Of a stretch of 64,000 nucleotides of DNA, positions 13,620-26,585 are shown in pieces. Numbering within the stretch: position 1 is the stretch's first letter; every line of letters begins with the position of its first letter. Under the pieces are notes generated by a model, which was given only the letters and a program-made list of their open reading frames with translations, was not told the origin of the DNA and did not search any database. The position numbers and the translations under genes are program-made. The DNA is from Octopus sinensis (lineage: Eukaryota): positions 36,332,001-36,396,000 of the forward strand of contig NC_043006.1 of the NCBI RefSeq assembly GCF_006345805.1. Reading direction: 5' to 3'.

Positions 13620-14030
13620 TGTCACAACTGTGTGGTAAGAAGTTTGATTCTTAAGCTATATGGTTTCAGGTTCAGTTCCATTACATGGCACCTTGGACAA
13701 ATGTCTTCTACTGTTGCTCTGAACTGGTCAAAACATTGTGAGTGGATTTGGTAGTGTGAAACTGAAAGCAGTCAATCGTGCATAGATTGTGTGTGTGTTT
13801 TAGTCTTGACATCAGATAATAGTTGTAAATGAGTTTTGCAATCATGCGAGTGATGTCTTTCAATTCTAGTCATCTGTGAAAACATTTCTGGTCATAAGGA
13901 AATAATATCATACTTGGAAACAGGTGAAGGTTGGCAACAGGAAGAGCATCTGGCTGTAGAAAAGCCACCTCAATAAATTCAGTTTGATCCATGTAAGCAT
14001 GCAAAAATCCACACAAAAACAATGATGATG
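13620..14030 (+). mobile_element. SINE family B (tRNA head + RTE-like tail)
   Basis: Head CTGTGTGGTAAGAAG...GGCACCTTGGACAAATGTCTTCTAC and tail CTTGGAAACAGGTGAAGGTTGGCAACAGGAAG...GATGATG. Confidence 0.8.
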
Positions 14031-14834
14031 TGAACAATCTGTAAAGTGGTTGGTAAATAAGTAAAGATAACATAAGGCAGAGAAGACCTCTAATCTCATT
14101 GAAGATATGACAGCCTCGTTAGTGCTGATACTATGATAGAATGGGTTCCAGATGAATTTGTCTACAACAATTCGTGTATGTGGTTGTATGTGTGTGTGGT
14201 TGTTTATGTGGGTGGGTGCAGATGAATTGTATCTAGATAAATTACTGTAGATGAATTGTTGTAGAGAAATTCACTGGATTCTGATAAAATGCACTCTGTA
14301 CACTCTTTAAAGTGGTTGATGTTGAGAAGAGCACCCATCCAAAGAAAACAAACAAAATTGAACCATACAAGTAAGATCTGTTTCTTCAACCCATCTTGGA
14401 AGGACTATCTTGGACCATGACAACTACCCCAATCCATGCCAGCATGAAAAGCAGATGTAAAATGGTTATAATGTGATGATATATTGTCATTGTGTGACCC
14501 AGGTTAGTTCTGATTGAACAGTTATATAGCACAAAAGATTTTAGCTGAATGACTAGGCAAGATTGCAGATCTGTTGTTCCTAGATATACTATACCACTGG
14601 TTAGCTCATAACCATACTGCTCAATTTTACTGTGATATATCCTGTAGAGTGTAGTGTGATAATCTGAACATGTATTTTCTCCACTGACTAGTCCACTTCT
14701 GCTATTTAGTTTCTGCAGTTTACCTGTAGTTTCTAACGGGAGCTATTGTTGGTAGTGAGCATGCTGAACTTAGTCAAAACAATGGCAGATGCTGTTCATC
14801 TGCTTCAAATACTGAATATATGTTGTAAGTTCAG

Positions 14835-15025
14835 TTCTATATTTAAGAGATGAGGAATTACATACAGTACATTATTTACATTTGACAGATATTTGTCCTC
14901 ATCAGGTTCGAAATTTCCCCAAGACACCTGATGAAGGCTGGTGGGTATATCAGCCAGAACGTTGTGTTAACAACAAACAAGATGAGGACAAATATCTGTC
15001 AAATGTAAATAAAGTAAATAATAAG
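14835..15025 (+). mobile_element. Penelope-like pLTR fragment with inverted duplication and minimal hammerhead motif
   Basis: A perfect 32-bp inverted repeat (14872-14903 / 14981-15012) encloses GACAC-CTGATGA-A-GGCTG..CAGCC-AGA-ACGT-T-GTGTT. Confidence 0.75.
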
Positions 15026-15450
15026 TTGAAAGGTTTCCTATTTGTAAGAAAAGGAGCTGGTACTAGAAAAGTTAGGTTTTGAAGTGAATAAAGACTATCA
15101 AACAGAGAAGGGAAATTACACAACAGCTGTCCCAAAAGATGCAGTGTGCTGTTATTTTTACCCTTTGTGTGTACATGTTTGTGTGTGTGTGTGTTTATAT
15201 AAACATTTCCACAAATGCACTTAAGGTGATATGATAGAAGTAACTAGGTCATAAACAAATCAGTGCAGAAGAGTTCTGGTATGTCTTAGTACTGAAGGAT
15301 TACCCATTATACATTCTCTGTGAAAAGCAATGCAGATCTGCACAAATTTTAGGCATACAGCTGTATACACACATACAGATGTATGTGTGCATATGGTTGT
15401 AAACATACACACGCACGCACGCGCGCGCGCACGCACACACACACACACAC

Positions 15451-15491
<41 letters not shown>

Positions 15492-15584
15492 CTTGAGCTA
15501 ATACTGTTATTTATATTTTTTGACCCAGCTGCATTGGATTTAACATTAAGATCCAAATCTTGAGAAATTTATTTTATTTATTGA

Positions 15585-15585
<1 letters not shown>

Positions 15586-15629
<44 letters not shown>

Positions 15630-15672
15630 TATTATTATTATTATATTATTATATTATTATTATTATTATTAT
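15586..15672. repeat. (ATT)n microsatellite
   Basis: Directly visible. Confidence 0.95.
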
Positions 15673-16299
15673 TAATCATGTTGTTGTTAATCTGTTAATT
15701 CTGGGCAACCTACATTTAAAGATTACAAGGATTTAATTGTTGCATTTTGTTTTTCTATCATGGTCGGTCATCATTATCATCATCACCCATCTTTGTTGTT
15801 AGTGGGAAGATGTCTGGCAACAGTCATCTTTGTCATCATCAGTAGTATTATTGCTGTTGTCTTCATTTCTACCAGCATTCCCATCAGTTATTGCCGCATT
15901 GATTACTACCTCCATTACAATCATCATCACCATCGTCATCATGTCATTGTGGTCTTTTTGTGCAGATGTATTGTAGTATAATACTGGAGTGCATCATTGT
16001 TCAAAAGTGGATGTAGTGAAGTATAATGTAGTTATTGCTTAACTCTTAAGCCTGATTTACATGATATATGATCATAGGCATACCAGCCATGACCATCTCT
16101 ATATTTAGTACATTTATTTCTTAAGGCAGTAAGATGTAATTTGACAAAGGTTTGGATTTTACTCAAAGGTTTGGACAAAGGTTTGGATTTTACTCAAATC
16201 ACACTCTACCAGCTCAGATATAGAAGGATAAAAAGGATAATGTCATGCCTTGTGCCTGTAATTTCTGTTCTAGGTGTAATGAGTTATGTAAAATTAAGA

Positions 16300-16805
16300 A
16301 TATCATCACCATCACCACCATCATCATTTAATGTCCACTTTTCTATGCTCACATGGGTCAGACATCCTGTTGTCAACTCTCACCTGTTTCCAAGTAAGGT
16401 AACATTTCCCCAAGACCAGGTTTGCTGTCAACATTATTTTAGCATCCACTGTTCCGTGCACAGGCCAGGCAGAATTTGTTGAGGCAAATTTTCTTTGATT
16501 TGATACATCTTCTTTTCGCCAACCCATAACTATTTCCATGCAACTTCATACCTTCTCACAGGCAGACGTACTTTCACTAAAGATTAGAAACAAATGACAC
16601 AGCTTGTATGATGATGACACTCATTTACGACTATTGCATAATATCAAGACAATATACAGACACACAAACACATACATGATGGGGCTTCTTTCAGTTTCTC
16701 TCTACAAAATTGAACTGCAAGACTTTGTTAACCAAAGGCAATAGTAGAATTGTCCAAGGTGCCATGCAATGAAATTGAACCAAAGCCATGTGTCTGGAAA
16801 GTGAA
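16300..16805 (-). mobile_element. SINE family B, rearranged/degraded
   Basis: CATCATTTAATGTCCACTTTTC...TGTTTCCAAGTAAGG...GGCTTCTTTCAGTTTC...CCAAGGTGCCATGC. Confidence 0.7.
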
Positions 16806-16829
16806 AGCCTATCTATCTATCTATCTATC

Positions 16830-16909
<80 letters not shown>

Positions 16910-17411
16910 ATAGTGTGTGTGTGTATATGCATGTATACACGATGTACACACAGACACAAATAAATAAAACATCTGCAGTAAATTTGAACTCCAGACAGTC
17001 ATAAAAATATCTTTAAATCTCTAAAGGCATAGAAAAGTATATCATCATGAGTATTATTTTCCTACCTGTTACACTATGCTTGCAAAAGTTGGATGGATCT
17101 TCTCCAAGAGAATACCCTGCGGTATTTCTTTTTATGGATGTGGCTGTTACAGTTGTTGCTATTCTTGTAGATGTAGTTGTTATTGCTCTGTTTAACTCCA
17201 GGTCAGCCCTATTTGAGCAGACATTTGATCAACAGTATTCTAGCCATAGCTAGCTCATATATTTTTATATTTTAACCTACAATGTCTAATGTGCCCTTCT
17301 TTTCTTTTATGTAATTCACTGTTGTTCAGAAGTGGAATGCAATAAGTATAATGCAGTTGCTTAACTACCCCAAGTTAGCTCTATGATCATTGGTATTCTA
17401 GCCTTCACTGT

Positions 17412-17785
17412 TCTTTTATTCTTTTACTTGTTTCAGTCATTTGACTGTGTCCATGCTGGAGCACCGCCTTTAGTTGAGCAAATCGACCCCAGGACTTATT
17501 CTTTGTAAGCCCAGTACTCATTGTGTAAGTCTCTTTTGCTGAACTGCTAAGTTACAAGGACGTAAACACACCAGCATCAGTTGTCAAGCGATGTTGGAGA
17601 GGCCAAGCACACACACATATATGAAGTGCTTCTTTCAGTTTCCGTCTACCAAATCCACTCCTAAGGCTTTGGTTGCTGTGAGGTTATAGTAGAAGACACT
17701 TGCTCAAGGTGCCATGCAGTAGGACTGAACCCAAAACCATGTGGTTGGTAAGCAAGCTACTTACCACACAGCCACTCCTGTGCCT
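17412..17785 (-). mobile_element. tRNA-derived SINE family A (full length)
   Basis: Reverse complement of the 37947-38380 copy: CTTTTACTTGTTTCAGTCATTTGACTG...CTTCTTTCAGTTTCCGTCTACCAAATCCACTC...ACCACACAGCCACTCCTG. Confidence 0.9.
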
Positions 17786-19619
17786 ATATTGGCTTTTACT
17801 ATATCTAGAGCAGCCCTCTATTGTTAAGTTAGCTAGTCGTAATTTGAGGGAAACTGGATGATATTTCTAGCAAGTTGAGTGAATGTATTAGTGGTTTCCT
17901 CCTTGGCTCTTGTTGCTGTTGCTGGTGTTCTTTTTGCTCTGCTTGTACTCGTTATTTTCAGTGTTGTTCATGGTGGAGTTTTAGTGTTTGTTGTTGTTAT
18001 TTCTATTGTTGCTACCTTTATATTTCACCCTCTACCACAACTCCTGTTAATCCAAAACCTTAAATCGTTTTAATAAGGCTTATTGTATTGTAGCAGGGGG
18101 CCAGATTAACACATTGCATCTGTGAGATTAAGCTGTACAGAACTGGGCTGTGTTGTACAAATCAAACGGTAGCAACATTAAGCTGAGCATTATGCAACTG
18201 ACTGATGCTTGGAGTCAGTTGCATACATATGTGATGGAAATGGGTGGGATATGCATCGTGAGTTTAGCTGGTGGGGGAGGATGGGCCAATGGGGTTGGGG
18301 ATATCTTTTATGGACAAGAAGGAGGAAACAGTTGTTGAGTTGGTGTTAGGTGGGGAGCAACTATTTTAGCAATATTGTTTCTTGTATGTGTGCTGCTTTC
18401 TGCATTTGTCATTTGTGTGTTTGCATATTTGTATCCATATGTCTCCATGTTTGTGTGAGTGTCATATTCATATAAATTTCATAATCGGTGTGCAGTTGTG
18501 TGTATGTGTGATTTGTGTTGCTACCCATGCATATTTCTATAATCTCCCAAGTTTGTTGTGTCTTTACGAATTGGTATGTAAATCAAAATATTCATGTGTA
18601 TGTGTGTATTTATGAGATTAATTGGTTAGTTGGGTAGATGGTCTCTTAATGTCGGAAGTTTGTGCAAGCATTTATGTAAATGTGTATTTAAGTGTGTATA
18701 CATGCTTTGCATGCAGGTGTATGCATATCAATGTATGCAGATGAAATGATTGTGAATTCAAATTGTATTGGTGCATAAACAGCAGTTTTTTTCCATCATC
18801 ATCGTTGCCGTCATCATGTTTGTTTTGTTCTTTTTTTATTCAAAATTATGCAAGATTGCAGTGAGATAGCGGTACTGTTTTTTATGATGATGAGGTGCAG
18901 GTTTATACCATGTAGAATTTTGTATACAAATATGGTTATTCAATGTTCTATTTATTTCTCTCCATTTTTCTCTATTTTATATATTTATATTTTACTATGT
19001 TATTATTATTGTTGTTGTTGATGTTTTTTGTGGTTTTTCATGCATGAATGCATTTTGTAAAGAGTTGCGCTGTAGGGTGTAAATATGTGTGCATGTTATA
19101 TTTGGATGAGGGGTGTGTATGTATGTGTGTTTGTGTTGATGGTTTTCAGGTATGGATGTGTGAGTATGTATATGCATTATAACAGTTGTCTGGTATGTAT
19201 GTATGCATGTTTAGTGTTTCGGATTTCCAAAATTATCTGCATATGCTTTTTATGGTTGTATGATTGTATATTTGTGTGAAAGTGTTGTTTGAATAGTCTT
19301 CTGAATCAGCCTTTGTTGTGTGTGTGTATGGGAGGTGTGGGATGCGACATGTCTGTCATAATCCACGAACATTTATGAATATGTGAGTATGTCTACAATC
19401 TCTCAAGTCTTATGTGTTTACAAATTGCCATGTAAATCAAAATATGTACATATACGTGTATATATGTGAGGGCATATGTCTGTGTCTGTACACGTTGCAT
19501 GCATATATATATTGCTGTATTTCAGGATGGACATTTATTTATTTATTTTTTTGTGAAATAAACAGATGCACCATATATTCATTCTTCACTCGTTTATTAC
19601 TGTTCTTATTTCATCGTAT

Positions 19620-19672
19620 GTCTATTGTCTAGAAATCTTTCATCACACATCTGTGACCTCTTCAGCAACACT
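19620..19672 (-). ncRNA. Hammerhead ribozyme-like motif (partly degraded)
   Basis: Minus strand: CTGAAGA-G-GTCACA-GATG-TGTGAT-GAAA-GATTTC. Stem II pairs and AATAAA lies about 25 nt downstream. Stems I and III are imperfect. Confidence 0.55.
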
Positions 19673-19706
19673 TTCTAATTCATAAACACACACACACACA
19701 CAGATA

Positions 19707-19757
<51 letters not shown>

Positions 19758-19760
<3 letters not shown>

Positions 19761-19908
19761 CATGGCTAAGTGGTAAGAACCTTACTTCCCAACCACATGG
19801 TTCTGGGTTCAGTTCCACTGCATGGCACCTTGGGCAAATGTCTTCTACTATAGCCTCAGGTCAACCAAAGCCTTGTGACTGGATTTGGTAAACTGAAAGA
19901 AGCTCATC

Positions 19909-19944
<36 letters not shown>

Positions 19945-20153
19945 TTGTTTGCGTTTGTTCCCTTGCCATTGCTTGACGACTGATGATGGTGTGTTTATTT
20001 CCCTGTAACTTAGCAGTTCAGCAAAAGAGACCGATAGAATAAGTACTAAGCTTACAAAGAATAAGACCTGGGGTGGATTTCTATGGCTAAAATCTTTTAA
20101 GGCAGTGCTCCAGCATGGCTGCTGTCAAATGACTGAAACCAGTAAGAGTAAAA

Positions 20154-20156
<3 letters not shown>
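19758..20156 (+). mobile_element. SINE family A
   Basis: GGCATGGCTAAGTGGTAAGAAC...GGGTTCAGTTCCACTGCATGGCACCTTGGGCAA...(GT)n...GTCAAATGACTGAAACCAGTAAGAGTAAAAG. Confidence 0.9.
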
Positions 20157-20198
<42 letters not shown>

Positions 20199-20479
20199 TG
20201 TTGGTTAGGTGTAAGAAGTAGATGCATTCATGTGTATGCATATGCTCATTTCTCTGTGCATATATCTGTATGAAGTAAACATGAATGTGTAAGTATTTGT
20301 CAGGTAGTGGATGTGTCAGGCTTTGAAGGACCATATGTCAGTAAATATAAAGGAATTAATTAGAGTACACATAACTATATATGTGTGCATGCTCATGTTT
20401 GTGCATGTGTGTGTGCATGGATTTTGTAGAAACATGTAGATGCATGTTTTGGGCAATTTTCAAAAGTAAATTTTTTCTT

Positions 20480-20716
20480 ACTACTTGTTTCAATCATTGC
20501 ACAGTGGCCAGGCTTGGGTACTGCCTTGAAGAGCTTTTAGCTCAAATAAATCAACACCAGTACTTATTTTCCACCAGATTCACTGATAAAGTATTGGTTG
20601 GCCCATGACTATAATAGAAGACACTTGTCCATTATGCCATGCACTGGGACTGACCCTACCACCACCACCACCACCTAAAAAAGAGCTTCTGAACCCACAC
20701 AGCCATGCCTGCACCT
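20480..20716 (-). mobile_element. SINE family A, internally deleted
   Basis: TACTTGTTTCAATCATTG...AGAAGACACTTG...CACACAGCCATGCCTGC. Confidence 0.7.
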
Positions 20717-20757
20717 ATGAATGTTTGTAGATTTGCAGCAGTCTGTGACTTGTGAAT

Positions 20758-20970
20758 GTTGGTGTTATTATTTAAATCCCCAGATCAGTGTTGATCAAGC
20801 ACACATATGATTGGAAGCTTTCTATCCATGACCACATTGTCTGGTTTTCAGGAATAATATGTCTAGGACTACATTATTTCATCCTTTTGTCCTCCAGATG
20901 GTTGAGATTATAAATGTCTCTAGCAAGTTCAGCAGCCATATAGAGGTCCCACTTCTCTCGTTGGCTTGTT
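20758..20970. repeat. Unclassified ~200-bp dispersed repeat family (representative copy)
   Basis: Motif string TTTAR..CCCAGRTCAG..YTGATCAAGCA.AC.TATGAT...CCATGACCA...TCTAGGACTACATTAT...TCTAGCAAGT...TAGAGG. It recurs near 12160-12360, 17185, 31550-31760, 32030-32170, 32710-32880, 33480-33660, 34720-34880, 48010-48230, 50790-51000, 53070-53280 and 54250-54455. Confidence 0.7.
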
Positions 20971-21111
20971 CTTAATCAAAGCAGTGTGGTACTGTGGTGT
21001 GCTAGTAGTGTGCTGACATAAGCAAATAAACTGGCTTTAAACAGTATTTTTCTGTAAATGTATTTTTCAAGGTTTATATGTGTATAGAGCACTATAGGGT
21101 CTGCATGTGTT

Positions 21112-21182
<71 letters not shown>

Positions 21183-21607
21183 ATTTTTTGTATATGTATA
21201 CCTACATAATTACATACATACCTGCATACACATTAAACACACAAACCTGATGTGTGTATATGTATTTCTGTGTCTGTCTGTCTGTCTCTTTCTCTCTCTC
21301 TCTGCCTGCCTGCCTGCACTAAATTTCATCTGTGTAAGTCAGACTGTCTCTCCTGGGTGTTGCTAACATCTGTCTACAGTATGTCATCTACTCAAGCAAC
21401 ATATGTCAACAATATACTATTTACTCTGTCATCAGCACATGCATTTACCTTCTAAAGGTTTATTGTTGAGATTTTACTGCCATTATTTTTAGTAAGATTT
21501 ATTGTTTGTATACAATGTCTATAAATTTAATATAAGCAAAAATTCAAACATTCTTATAAGTTAAAGACTACTTCATACCATTTCATGTACAATACAAAAC
21601 TATATTT

Positions 21608-21935
21608 GTGGCTGTGTGGTTAAGAAGCTCACATTACAACCACATGGTTTTAGGATCAGGCACCTTTGGCAAGAATCTTTTACTATACCCTTGGACTGAC
21701 ACATACCTTATGAGTGAATTTGGATGTGGAAACTATGTGGAAGCCTGTTGTGTGTGTGTGTATATGTGTGGTGTCTTTGTATGTTTTCTTTCCCCGCTGT
21801 TTGACAGCTAGTGTTGGTTTGTTTACAGCTTTGTAAGGCCAGTTGTATAAGTACTGGGATTAATGTCTTCAACTAAATCTTTCAAGGTAGTGCCCCAGCA
21901 TGGCTGCTGTCCAGTGACTGAAACCAATAAAAGGT
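21608..21935 (+). mobile_element. SINE family A, degraded
   Basis: GTGGCTGTGTGGTTAAGAAGC...GCCCCAGCATGGCTGCTGTCCAGTGACTGAAAC. Confidence 0.75.
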
Positions 21936-22214
21936 AACCAACCACACACTCTCATAAATCACTTAACTTCACATTGGTTGACCTAAGCTTTGTAAGTGTA
22001 TGTTGGTTAGATGAAAACTGTACAAGTGCATCCAATGGACTATACTTTTGACCCAACCTGAGCAGCATAAAGGTGTGTGTTTGCGGAATACTCATCCACT
22101 TAAATTATAGTTTATTGAGAAGTCAGTTCAGTTGACCAAAATACTGATACTCATCATTAAAACTGCTGGTGATCCATTTAATTACAACTTTTTTTCCCTT
22201 TTTTCTAATATAAT

Positions 22215-22652
22215 GTCATCAACATTGTTTTAATGTCCACTTTTCTGTGATTGTGTGGGTTAGATGGAATTTATTACAGCTTATTTTCTACATCCTGATG
22301 ATTGTCCTGTCACTAACCCTCACCTGTTTTCAAGTAAGATATTTCCTCATGTCTAGACATGTTTCCACAGAAAATTAAATCATGAAGAACACCACTTCTA
22401 TGATGGTGACACTTGCTTACAACAATCACTCTATGACAAGGCTTCAAGACACTGTCTCAGTCACACGCAAACATACACAAGCACACGCACATACATATGT
22501 GCAATGGGATTTTCTCAGTTTCTACCTTCCAAATCTACATACAAGGCTTTTGTTCGCTTGGGGCTATAGCAGAAGACACTTGCCTAAGGTGCCTCACAGT
22601 GGGACTGAACTTAGAACCAAGTGGTTAGGAACCAAGCTTTTTAACCACACAC
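22215..22652 (-). mobile_element. SINE family B
   Basis: TTTAATGTCCACTTTT...CCCTCACCTGTTTTCAAGTAAG...AGAAGACACTTGCCTAAGGTGCC. Confidence 0.8.
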
Positions 22653-22799
22653 CCAATTGTGTGTGTGTATGTGTGTGACTGATACATGCACACACACACA
22701 TGCACACACACACGCACACGCACAATCAAAATCCATCATCTAGGGTGGCTGTAGATGCACAGTGGAAGACAGCCACCTCTCTGTTTTCCCTAACCATCA

Positions 22800-23420
22800 G
22801 TCAACCTTATATTTTCCATCATATTCTTCCTTGTCCCTATCTTGATCTTTCTTAACCACTCCCTCTGTGAAATTCCTATGCTTTTTTTTTGTTTTACTAG
22901 AGGTGGGGCCATGTATAATCATATTTTCATGATGTTGGGTGTTGTGTTGCATGACCACAACCACTTCATTGTCTGGCTTTTGGCAGAAGTAGAATTTCAT
23001 GGTTTGTAGTCTCCTCCAACAATTTATTTTGTAACGCTCTCATTAGTTCAATGTTCTCTATATGGAATGTGAAGCATCTTTCTAGAACATTTCATTTCAA
23101 AAGCCATGATTTTTTTTTTATTGCTTTCAGCATCTAACACCCATGATGCAATACACATAAAATGCAGCTGAAATTATTATTGCTTTCAAAAAACAATTTT
23201 TTTTTGTTTTGTTATTCTAAACTTTTGTTTTTCCAAACAAGGTCTAACATTGTTAAAGTCAGCCTAGCTGCTGCAATCTTTCTTTGATCTTGCATCTTCC
23301 GTTATTGTTCTTCCCAAATATTTAAATTCCTTAACTTGTTTGCGCATCTTCCCCACTCTTTTGATAGATTGACTTATCTTTTCCCTTTTATTATCATGTT
23401 GATTTTTTTCAGCATTTCAT
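22800..23420 (-). mobile_element. Old RTE-type LINE RT C-terminal remnant
   Basis: Minus-strand KQVKEFKYLGRTITED, KIAAARLTLTMLDLVWK and IMAFEMKCSRKMLHIPYREH*TNESV, with many frameshifts. Confidence 0.75.
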
Positions 23421-23631
23421 TCCATTACATATCTTAGAGTTATCTGTCTACCTATCTACACACACACATGCAAACATGCACATGTGCACATACAAATATA
23501 CATCTGTGCACACTCAACATACAAAACACAAATTCTAAATTATAGTTAGAAAACATACTGACTTGCGTTAGGATTTCAATTCAAGAGGGAGTTAGTTTGC
23601 ATGTATCAAAGTATATACACATACATATAGT

Positions 23632-23825
23632 TGCAGGTATGGTGTATGGTTAAGAAGTTTGCTTTTTAACTACTTAGATTTGAATTCAGTTACAATGTGT
23701 GACTCCTTGGGCAAGTATCTCCTACTATAATCCCATGCTGACTAAAGCCGTGTGAGTGGATTTCGTTGATAGAAGCAGGAAAAAAAAAAGGCTATCACAT
23801 CATCATGATCTTTTAACATCCATTT

Positions 23826-23877
<52 letters not shown>

Positions 23878-24155
23878 AGTGTGTGATTATAATCATCAAT
23901 ATATATATATTCGTATATTTATTTGTATTTCCTTGTGTTTACATCTCTTCATAATTGTGAATGAGTATCATTGTCATACAAGCAGTATCATTCATTTCCA
24001 ATATTCTGCAAAAATATCTCTGGCTGTGGGCAAATATAATCTTGCTTGGAAATGGTTGAGTGTTGGTGATGAGAAGGACATCCAGCTATAGAAAATCAAC
24101 CTCAGTAAACTCTGTTCAACATATGGAAAAAATAGAAGTTAAAATGATGATGATT
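23632..24155 (+). mobile_element. SINE family B
   Basis: Head at 23632-23780, then (GT)n, then tail CATTTCCAATATTCTGC...GTTAAAATGATGATGAT. Confidence 0.75.
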
Positions 24156-24274
24156 CATGTACAGGGATGCACAATTTTAATGGATATGTATTTGTACATA
24201 AGAAGTTGATTTTAGAAGTGAATTTGGTATAAAATAATGGAATCTGTTGTTGTTAGTGTTTTCTTCTTCCCCAG

Positions 24275-24323
<49 letters not shown>

Positions 24324-24904
24324 TATTTGCATCAAGGGCAACAGTGTCACAAATATTACATTACAATTCATCAATTCAATTAATATAAGGCAATATCACA
24401 TCATGCAAATGAACCTATGTATAAACTGGAGTATGAGATACATTTGTGTATAAGTGTATGATAACAAATAAATTATATATATATATGAAAGTCTATTTGA
24501 TAAATTTGATAAATTCTATGTTAGCATTCTTCTGAAATCATGTTAAGAACCTTGATAACAAAGTATCTTTCCTTATTGCTAAAAGAAAAGGAATTATATA
24601 ACACATATAAACACTTTCAGAAAAGAATACATATAACAACAAAACTTCCACCTGAGGATATTAATATATTCTGTTGCTGTATATTTACTTTCCTCTTTTG
24701 TGCTCCACTCTCCGCCATCTTTATCTTTAATTTCACATTCATAAACGCTGATACAATTGTTGGTTGCAAGATTTTGATAGAATGATGCAGTTATTGAAGC
24801 TTTTATAAATATTATTTTTTTTTGTTTTTACTTTTACATATTTTGGAAGTGGGAATTGGGCTTTTTTTTTACTATTTTTTCTTCTTCACTCATTATCATA
24901 ATAA

Positions 24905-25510
24905 TATTGGTTTCAAATTTTGGAACAAAGCCAGTAATTTTAGGGAATGGGAGTTTATTCAATTACATCAAGCCCAGTACTGGACTGGTACTTTGTCTTT
25001 CATCCTTTCAGGGTCAATGAAATGAAGTTAACCTTGGCTGGATTTGAACTCAGAACATAAAGAGCCAGAAAAAAAAAATGCTGCTAAGCATTTTGTCTGA
25101 TGTACATATAGCTGTGTATTCTGCCATCTCACTGGCATTACCAGAATTAGTTAATTGAATGAACCCAATACATTACTGGTATTTTATTTTATTGAACCAG
25201 CAGCATTAAAGGCAAAGCTGACCTCAGTGAGATTTAAATTCAGAACGCTAAGAATTGAAAAAAATATCTAGTCGCTTTTTGACTGACACGTTAACACATC
25301 TATCAATTCACCACTCCAAACAATGATAATAATAATGGTTTCAAATTTTGCCACAAGGGCAGCAGTTTTTAGGAGAGGGGTTGAGTTGATTACATCGACC
25401 CCAGTGTTCAACTGGTACTTATTTTATTGACCCCGAAAAGATGAAAGGCAAAGTTGTCCTCGGTGGAATTTGAACTCAGAACGTAAAGACAGACAAAATA
25501 CCACTAAGAC
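24905..25510 (-). mobile_element. Cluster of three Nin-domain-like SINEs (family D)
   Basis: Three head-to-tail copies of TGAAAGGCAAAGTTG...GAATTTGAACTCAGAAC with ACTGGTACTT. The reverse complement is GCCTTTCATC..TTCGGGGTC.ATAAA.TAAGTACCAG, a Nin/Deu-like core. Confidence 0.75.
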
Positions 25511-26525
25511 TAGGAACCATGTGGCTGGAAAGCAAACTTCTTACCACACAGTCACACCTGCACCTTTGTGAATATGTTAATTGCTTGTGTATCTCATCAA
25601 TGTTGAACAACATCTCCTTTAAGATGATTGTGTTTTCACAACAGTGTATGAAGACTTTGGCTGATGAGTCACATCAGTGTCAAAACACCAACCAGTTATC
25701 CTAAAGATATCCTGGACTAATGAATCTAACAAGAGTTTATGACTCTTGTTTATAACTTCAGCAAGCAAATTATTTGCTGATTCATGCTAATATCTTCCAA
25801 CCATTATGACTCATATGTATAGTGATCAGTAAGAATCAAAACAATGACTTAAGTATTCATTCTTAAGTCATTCTGGTAGTTTGAATGTGAATATACTAAT
25901 GGCTGTTGTATCTTGTCAATGGAGAGCAACTTATCTTTGTTGTAATCCATTTTGGTCTTCATTATCAGTGTTGCTTTGGCATAGTGTAGCTGACACATAC
26001 ATATGCATCATAAGAAGAATCCATTTACTTGATGAACAAGGATCCACTCTCTGATTATTTACAACATCTAGTCCACTGACTTGTTCTGCTTACTCTCTGT
26101 TTCCTTAACTGATTCTACTAAGAGTCTGTGATCTTAGTAATATCAAAAGACCCATACTCACTCTCTCCTTTCATCTCGAGAAGTCTTTAGCTCACTCACA
26201 GTGAACATAAAACATGCACTCCAGCAGTGACCTGCTCTTGTGGGTTTTTAAATGACACATGATAGGCTTTAAGAAAACAAATCTCTCTGCATAGATAAAT
26301 TATAAATGATTTAACTATGAAAATCTACCTTAAACTAAAATACATGTATACATAGAATGCTTTAATAATTAGATTTGAAAAGTAAGGTCTAAGAATTCAG
26401 CATACTGGACTAAAAAGACTTACTATCACTGGTTTGGTAAAAGGATTGGCTAAAGTATTTATGATGGGGATATCTTTCTCCACTTTTCAACTTCTCTCTA
26501 TCATGTTAAACATTTTAACCTCAAC

Positions 26526-26585
<60 letters not shown>

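Noticed and set aside
19141-19165. Other AG|GT sites (TTTTCAG|GTATGG at 19149; also 633, 44802, 57018)
   Set aside because: Their polypyrimidine tracts or donors are weak, so they are expected by chance in T-rich DNA.
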